From an uncultured bacterium (GTDB lineage Bacteria; CSSED10-310; CAZUFC01), in assembly GCA_964619725.1 (NCBI GenBank), contig CAZUFC010000018.1, positions 20,111-84,110 of the forward strand: 64,000 nt of DNA. Reading direction: 5' to 3'. The notes below the pieces were generated by a model. It searched no databases and had not been told where the DNA came from. It saw nothing but the letters and a program-made list of their open reading frames with translations. Below are positions 59,801 through 64,000 of this stretch, in pieces. Position numbers and translations under genes: made by a program. How positions within the stretch are numbered: position 1 is the first letter of the stretch; every line of letters starts with the position of its first letter.

Positions 59801-60723
59801 ATAGGCATCTCGGTATCTTTTGATTTATCCAGTCGGGCCTGTATGTCCATTTCATTATTGAAAGACTGGTTGCCGTGCATCAAAACGACCCATTTCGCTC
59901 TTCCGGGAGCTTCATCCAGGCTGCTGAACCATCCGTTCAGATAACCGTCCCCGAAACCGCGATCGTCATCAATAAAAGCATCGGTAATGTCCGAATTGCC
60001 GGGACCGCCGCCCGTTCCTCCGATTTCACCGGCTCCTTCGTTGGTTCCGTCTTTCGTGGTGAAAACCTGGAATTTCAGCGGCCCCGTCCCGTTCCAGCCA
60101 TGGTCCATGAGAAGCTGACGGGACGCTCCAAACTCAACGCTGTCCAGCTCTGAATGAAACGCCGGTCCGATAAGATCGGCAGGAATTTCAGGTTGTCCGG
60201 CAGCGCCTTCCTTGACCGACCAGTTAACGGTGTCGTATATGCAGAAGGCTATATCCCACGGCATATCGGTCTGACAATCCGTGTAATCGGGAAGCCAGGT
60301 TTCGCCGGCGGAAGAATCGCAATCTATCATTACATAACAATCGACGCATCCGGAAGCCTCCGCCATATATTTCAAATCGAAAAAGTCGATCCTGAAATAC
60401 ACATTATCCTCATCTTTGGAAAAGTAAAAAGCGACCAGGTCGCGGCTGTCGTCATACCCGTCGTCGAATAAGTAAACGGCATCGCTTCCGGGAGGAACGA
60501 TCTCCTCGCCCTCATCGCCGCCGATAGGATAACACGCTTCATAGGATGGATTCGTTCCCAGACTCATCCCGAAATGAAGGTCCATGGCCTTGATGTCCTG
60601 ATACTCCCAGTCGGTAAAATCCCCGTCGATTGTGACGGCTGCGTTGGAAGTAGCGGGAAAGGCTGTCACGTATATCAAAAGAAATACGCTGAAAATATGG
60701 GCTTTCTTTAGAGTTTTAAACAT
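56893..60723 (-). CDS. Secreted GH57-like glycoside hydrolase with N-terminal DOMON-like domain and two C-terminal Ig-like domains
   Basis: Signal peptide; IDGDFTDW; LMHGNQ, LHLSGTL, FAEHMMP, FWIPER (nucleophile-like) and EDWE (acid/base-like); DVDLDGENEYLLYND; LKDDG..GD..ADDGIY. Confidence 0.75.
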   Translation of the reverse strand: MFKTLKKAHIFSVFLLIYVTAFPATSNAAVTIDGDFTDWEYQDIKAMDLHFGMSLGTNPSYEACYPIGGDEGEEIVPPGSDAVYLFDDGYDDSRDLVAFYFSKDEDNVYFRIDFFDLKYMAEASGCVDCYVMIDCDSSAGETWLPDYTDCQTDMPWDIAFCIYDTVNWSVKEGAAGQPEIPADLIGPAFHSELDSVEFGASRQLLMDHGWNGTGPLKFQVFTTKDGTNEGAGEIGGTGGGPGNSDITDAFIDDDRGFGDGYLNGWFSSLDEAPGRAKWVVLMHGNQSFNNEMDIQARLDKSKDTEMPMLGVGLYRALETAEITGMPVELHLSGTLSLGAQWADPSFNERIKAGIENGLVRLTGGVFAEHMMPFFRGEVNQRSIFLGTELINTIYEVPPSDLPVFWIPERTARGDFTDDILAANDRFGYNYEAVVLDEFTHHHRWFAYKHCFNEVYGDEELVDLDDDVHKIHEYQGMKIFFIDRYAQKWKTETMYPTFYDCSYEPSLQIGLRAKLLEKVFDPDQEQVILCMEDWEDYAGEPYRAQPSPRNPDGHEIVTRWIANHQWILMTTLTDILKGNVDIDGDGAGDQWNTVYDPPLTDYLPDDYGLPLPPYWLEDTLPIVSYAWLQDSADGGSAPADQPESDPRDDKWDDGYQNWYWGSPWEWSFKDTVPALKGWQYDADEEGAYPEIPLPNGKTFNGMWQWNDGQETAWNTGIIPETWNRLNTSDGDERLLMLAEYAFMAMLYEAAWHDEYTVRDLTGDEDDDDAKGVLVEWVLPACNHIRDVNMIVEAAEWAASNRTAVTSAEERDVDLDGENEYLLYNDKLFLIFENDGGRLVKAYMIDKNGLAIEVIGASVNHPDLGSEDEAVDEYISIDPDPVLNRVSGFRDEKYVNDEYLVSLKPGSILFYSSDLSVRREISLPDGSYEITAEYELNGIADMNVEFGFAPNTLENMFNGKENLENIGLQSGDFYGIRNVSGGAVFVRFDDADFVFADDMDRDHTCALTQRVVVNVEDNDVFRIGFGGGWTHEKPVVEFVTIEQNPLESGNYGYLNVQAWIAGDEISRVDLLYGGTQLNPMVAPMPILQLKDDGTQGDFQADDGIYTFRADLPPGTPPSNYILGVQAFNARGDESEIWPFLNVGSSDGYGASDNFLPFLHANADYSAGAYDFYSASSYGQAPVIPIGAYYETTVTEENGGHIALYVLVEDQDSILDVETVELLVGGVETGMEFDHLGENIFGLELDVGPGVPRGYYMLEVRATDYSGLHSNIWPYWQVR

Positions 60724-60781
60724 GTTTTCAAACCTCCGGTTTCATGCTGCCGGAAAAATACAACCGGCTGTATGAATGCTT

Positions 60782-63700
60782 TTATTCGATGTCCAGTCTG
60801 GGCCAGTGCATGAATGTTCGCCCATAACCGTCCTCAATTTCCAACATTATAATGTGCCGTCCCGTCGGGAGAGCCTCCGCTCCATCGAAAAAGAAGCCGT
60901 ATATGCCGTCTCCCGCATTGAAGTCCTGGTGCATGCCGTCGTCGTAAAGTTCGAATTCGTCGGCTTGAATCGGCGGATCGATCGGATTCTCTCGCGTTCC
61001 GGCGTAATAAAATTTAACGTGTTCGATGCCGGCGTTCTCCGGATCGCTGATCCAGGCCAGCAGCCGCCACATTGATGATTGGCCCTTTTGAATATGCGTA
61101 TCCCACATGCCGGCCATCACTACCCTGGGAGGCGCTATAGGCGGCGAATAAGGTTCCGTCACGTTAATGAAGATATAATCCTTGCTGAACGCTTCATCGC
61201 TGTCCCTGGCAAAAATGACCAGAAGATAACGACCCGTTTCAATCCCTTCAGGGACCGTTATCCGTCCCGTATATACTCCGTCGTCCGATTGAGCGTCCCC
61301 TGAATTGAAAAGGTCGCCGTCGTCATAAAGATATATCTTTTCAGGCAATCCTATCGGTTCTCCGTTTATGTAGACCTCAGTTATCACGGAAGTTTCAGCC
61401 GCATCCTCAAAAACTTCCACCGTCAATAACGTTGCCGTCCTGCCGTCTGCAGGAGCGGAATCGGCGGATAATTGAGGATTCCTGGTGATCGGCGGGACCA
61501 TGATCATGTCGCCGTGACCGGGCGGAAATTCTGTGTCGTACATATAATCTTCATCCGTTTCCGCTCCGTTTTCATGATGTCCGTTCACGTTGTCTCCCGG
61601 AGAAATGATCGGATGCACCTGCATATAAGGATAAGGCATGTCGTAGCCTGCTTTTTGCGCGAATACGTAAACATTGACCAGGTATTCACGGAAAAGATCG
61701 TCGAATATCTCATCAGAACCGAAACACTGGTCCGCTCCATACCACCAGAAAGGATCGCTGCCCTCGGCCGTATAAAGCTCATCCCAGGCCAGGTACTGAA
61801 AATATGCCTTTCGTCCGTCTTCTTCCAGCGTCGGAAAAGGTTCGTAAGGATGAAAGCGCCATTCGGATGCGTTTACGGAATCCAGGTCCTCCCTGGTTTG
61901 ACGTAGATGTATCCAGGCCTGGTTCTCGTTCTCCTCGCCGATCCAGGTGTCGAGGTTCCCGTTCACCCAGGAGCCGTGCGCCAGCGGCTCAAGTTCCCAT
62001 TGTTCATCCAGCGGATACGGAGCCCCGTCAACATATTCGCCGTTCTTTATTCCTATTGCGCTGGAGGGTGTTGATGAAATAAGGTTATATTCCCCGTACC
62101 AGCGCTGCTCCGGCGGAATCATTGAACACGCCCGGTTCATTCTGTAATACAACCCGTAACTTTCAATCGGTCCCGGCAAATGAGCATACTCAAAAAAGGT
62201 CGCTCCGAAACGATGAAAATGCCCCCAGGCGTTTTCGCCGTCGGCACAGTGCGACCAAAATTTGTCATGTCCCCAGTCGACTATAATATGTTCTTCAAAT
62301 ACCCTGTAGGCCAGTTGATCGGCGTCCGCATACCAGCCGTTGGAATAATAACCGCCGTCATACGCTATCTGGTCGCCCTCGCTCCTGAACCAGGCGGACA
62401 TCGCATCCGTGCTGTCCCCGTCAAGATATTCGTCATCCTCATCAATACGGTAAATACGGCCGGGATCGTCCACATGACCTGATGCCATACACGTTTCATT
62501 GCCGCTGGCTATCCACTTTATGTTGTTTCTTCTGAAGGCATACGCTATCGTCTCGCCTACCGCTCCCTCGCCAGGCCACATGCCGTGAGGAAACTTGCCG
62601 AATGCCCGATTATACTGCCTCGATCCCAATGCCACCTGGTTGTAACAATCATCATCATAGATCGCCGGATCATCCGGCCCAAACTCGCCTTCAGCAGCCT
62701 CACCGGCCCCGTGATACGCATAATCGATGTCGTCTACCCTCGCCGAATACGGACTCTGCTCCAGATAATTATCCGTATCGTATATCAGCGGCAATATCGG
62801 ATGCGAATAGGGCGTTGTCACCACTTCAATCTGAGGATACCCGGTGTGAGGACATACCGTGTTCTGGAGCTTCCGGTGAATCGGTATTATGAATTTTATG
62901 ATTTTATACTGCTGAATCGCTATCATTAAAGCATCCCAGTCCGTAAAATGACGGCATATACGGCCGTCCAGTTCAAATTCCTCGCCCGTGCCGTAACTGT
63001 ATCCGCCCATATCCGCAGGGTCCAGCGTCTCACCGTGTTCTCCGAACCACTCATCCTCCGGCGTCCCCCACGTCTTGAATCCGCCATAAGTCTTTATGCC
63101 TTCCACAACGTCCGTTATCTCGTTCCCGTTCTCATCATGTCCCCTCAAGATATACTCGTCCGTCTCCTTGAAATATGAATGAAAAGCGCTCAGAGAATAC
63201 CATATCTTTAAATCCCGCAATTCATCGTCCGTCCAGTTGTCCGGGTTTACGCCTCCCGGTCCCTGCCTTTTTTCTTCCAATGCCGCATACGAAGGATACA
63301 AAAATACGTGATGCTCACGCGGCGTCAACCACGATGAATGATATAAAATGAATACCTTCTCCTGGTTCGTCAAATTCGCCTGAGGCTTGCACAATAAATC
63401 AAAATGCCTCTCAAACAGCGCCGAATCGTCATTCCAAGCAGGGTCAGTCGGATTCCCACCGGGATACAAATCTAAATCAAGCTCCTCAGGCGTGTCAGCT
63501 CCCTCAAAACAGGGCGCCAGCGCTTCCATATACGTCATCAACTGATGAAGCAATACTCCGGAAATGTTTATCGTTATATGAACGAACGGAAATCCGTGTC
63601 CCGTCGCCTCGCCCGTGTCGACCCACTCGTTGCCCTGTATCTCCCGCGTGTTGATGTTGTTCCTTCCGTCTATCAATACCGATGCCATGAAATAATAGTC

Positions 63701-63874
63701 GCGAATGCAGTGAATCCGCGTGAACGGATAATCAAATGTATCCGTCATTCGATGAAGATACGACGGCTGATGCTGGTTCCAGAAAAAATTTACGTAGGTC
63801 GTGTGCTGAGCTGAAATTCCACACGCCATCGCCGTTAACATAACTGAAATTACAAAGATAGTTTTTACTCTCAT
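60782..63874 (-). CDS. Secreted GH57 amylopullulanase-like enzyme with two C-terminal Ig-like domains
   Basis: Signal peptide; WNQHQP, RIHCIRDY, TPYSHPILPLI, GMWPGEGAV, DGENAW, AEGSDPFWWYG; two LYDDG…D…DG.Y domains. Confidence 0.88.
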   Translation of the reverse strand: MRVKTIFVISVMLTAMACGISAQHTTYVNFFWNQHQPSYLHRMTDTFDYPFTRIHCIRDYYFMASVLIDGRNNINTREIQGNEWVDTGEATGHGFPFVHITINISGVLLHQLMTYMEALAPCFEGADTPEELDLDLYPGGNPTDPAWNDDSALFERHFDLLCKPQANLTNQEKVFILYHSSWLTPREHHVFLYPSYAALEEKRQGPGGVNPDNWTDDELRDLKIWYSLSAFHSYFKETDEYILRGHDENGNEITDVVEGIKTYGGFKTWGTPEDEWFGEHGETLDPADMGGYSYGTGEEFELDGRICRHFTDWDALMIAIQQYKIIKFIIPIHRKLQNTVCPHTGYPQIEVVTTPYSHPILPLIYDTDNYLEQSPYSARVDDIDYAYHGAGEAAEGEFGPDDPAIYDDDCYNQVALGSRQYNRAFGKFPHGMWPGEGAVGETIAYAFRRNNIKWIASGNETCMASGHVDDPGRIYRIDEDDEYLDGDSTDAMSAWFRSEGDQIAYDGGYYSNGWYADADQLAYRVFEEHIIVDWGHDKFWSHCADGENAWGHFHRFGATFFEYAHLPGPIESYGLYYRMNRACSMIPPEQRWYGEYNLISSTPSSAIGIKNGEYVDGAPYPLDEQWELEPLAHGSWVNGNLDTWIGEENENQAWIHLRQTREDLDSVNASEWRFHPYEPFPTLEEDGRKAYFQYLAWDELYTAEGSDPFWWYGADQCFGSDEIFDDLFREYLVNVYVFAQKAGYDMPYPYMQVHPIISPGDNVNGHHENGAETDEDYMYDTEFPPGHGDMIMVPPITRNPQLSADSAPADGRTATLLTVEVFEDAAETSVITEVYINGEPIGLPEKIYLYDDGDLFNSGDAQSDDGVYTGRITVPEGIETGRYLLVIFARDSDEAFSKDYIFINVTEPYSPPIAPPRVVMAGMWDTHIQKGQSSMWRLLAWISDPENAGIEHVKFYYAGTRENPIDPPIQADEFELYDDGMHQDFNAGDGIYGFFFDGAEALPTGRHIIMLEIEDGYGRTFMHWPRLDIE

Positions 63875-64000
63875 TAAAGCCTCCCGGAAATTTTTCCTCG
63901 TTCATTCTATCCAAAAAATTTCGGCAATATCAAGTTTAAAACGAAACGAGCTTTTTCCGCTGTGCAGGATTTTGGAGAAAAATTTTTCCAAGTATTCCAA

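Overview
Bacterial chromosomal window from what looks like an anaerobic, outer-membrane-bearing organism. It has four layers. (1) A secretome of large modular proteins with Pro/Thr linkers: a LamG x3/beta-helix/dockerin/cohesin protein, a divergent C13- and S8-peptidase pair sharing a stalk, a hemopexin-like/C45 Ntn-hydrolase, and two secreted GH57 enzymes with repeated C-terminal Ig-like domains. (2) A compact minus-strand operon glpA-glpB-glpC / alkyl-DHAP-synthase (AGPS)-like FAD enzyme fused to a GlcE-like domain / GlcF-like Fe-S protein / DAG-kinase-family enzyme, divergent from a MenA-like prenyltransferase. This is the best candidate for an undescribed pathway (anaerobic ether-lipid metabolism). 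(3) Housekeeping and accessory genes: sulfatases, SDR, aldo-keto reductase, MATE, dut, type II RM pair, GT-C, nfi, folC, ALDH7, receiver protein, HAD. (4) Intergenic spacers packed with small non-autonomous elements, notably 8 copies of a family with conserved TGATCAAA...GGTTACAA ends but interchangeable interiors made of (CGAnnn)n hexamers, plus an ISL3 relic, a 49-bp perfect palindrome and a candidate pseudoknotted ncRNA at 54751-54918. No rRNA, tRNA or CRISPR array was seen. All calls are by eye from motifs; no searches were run.
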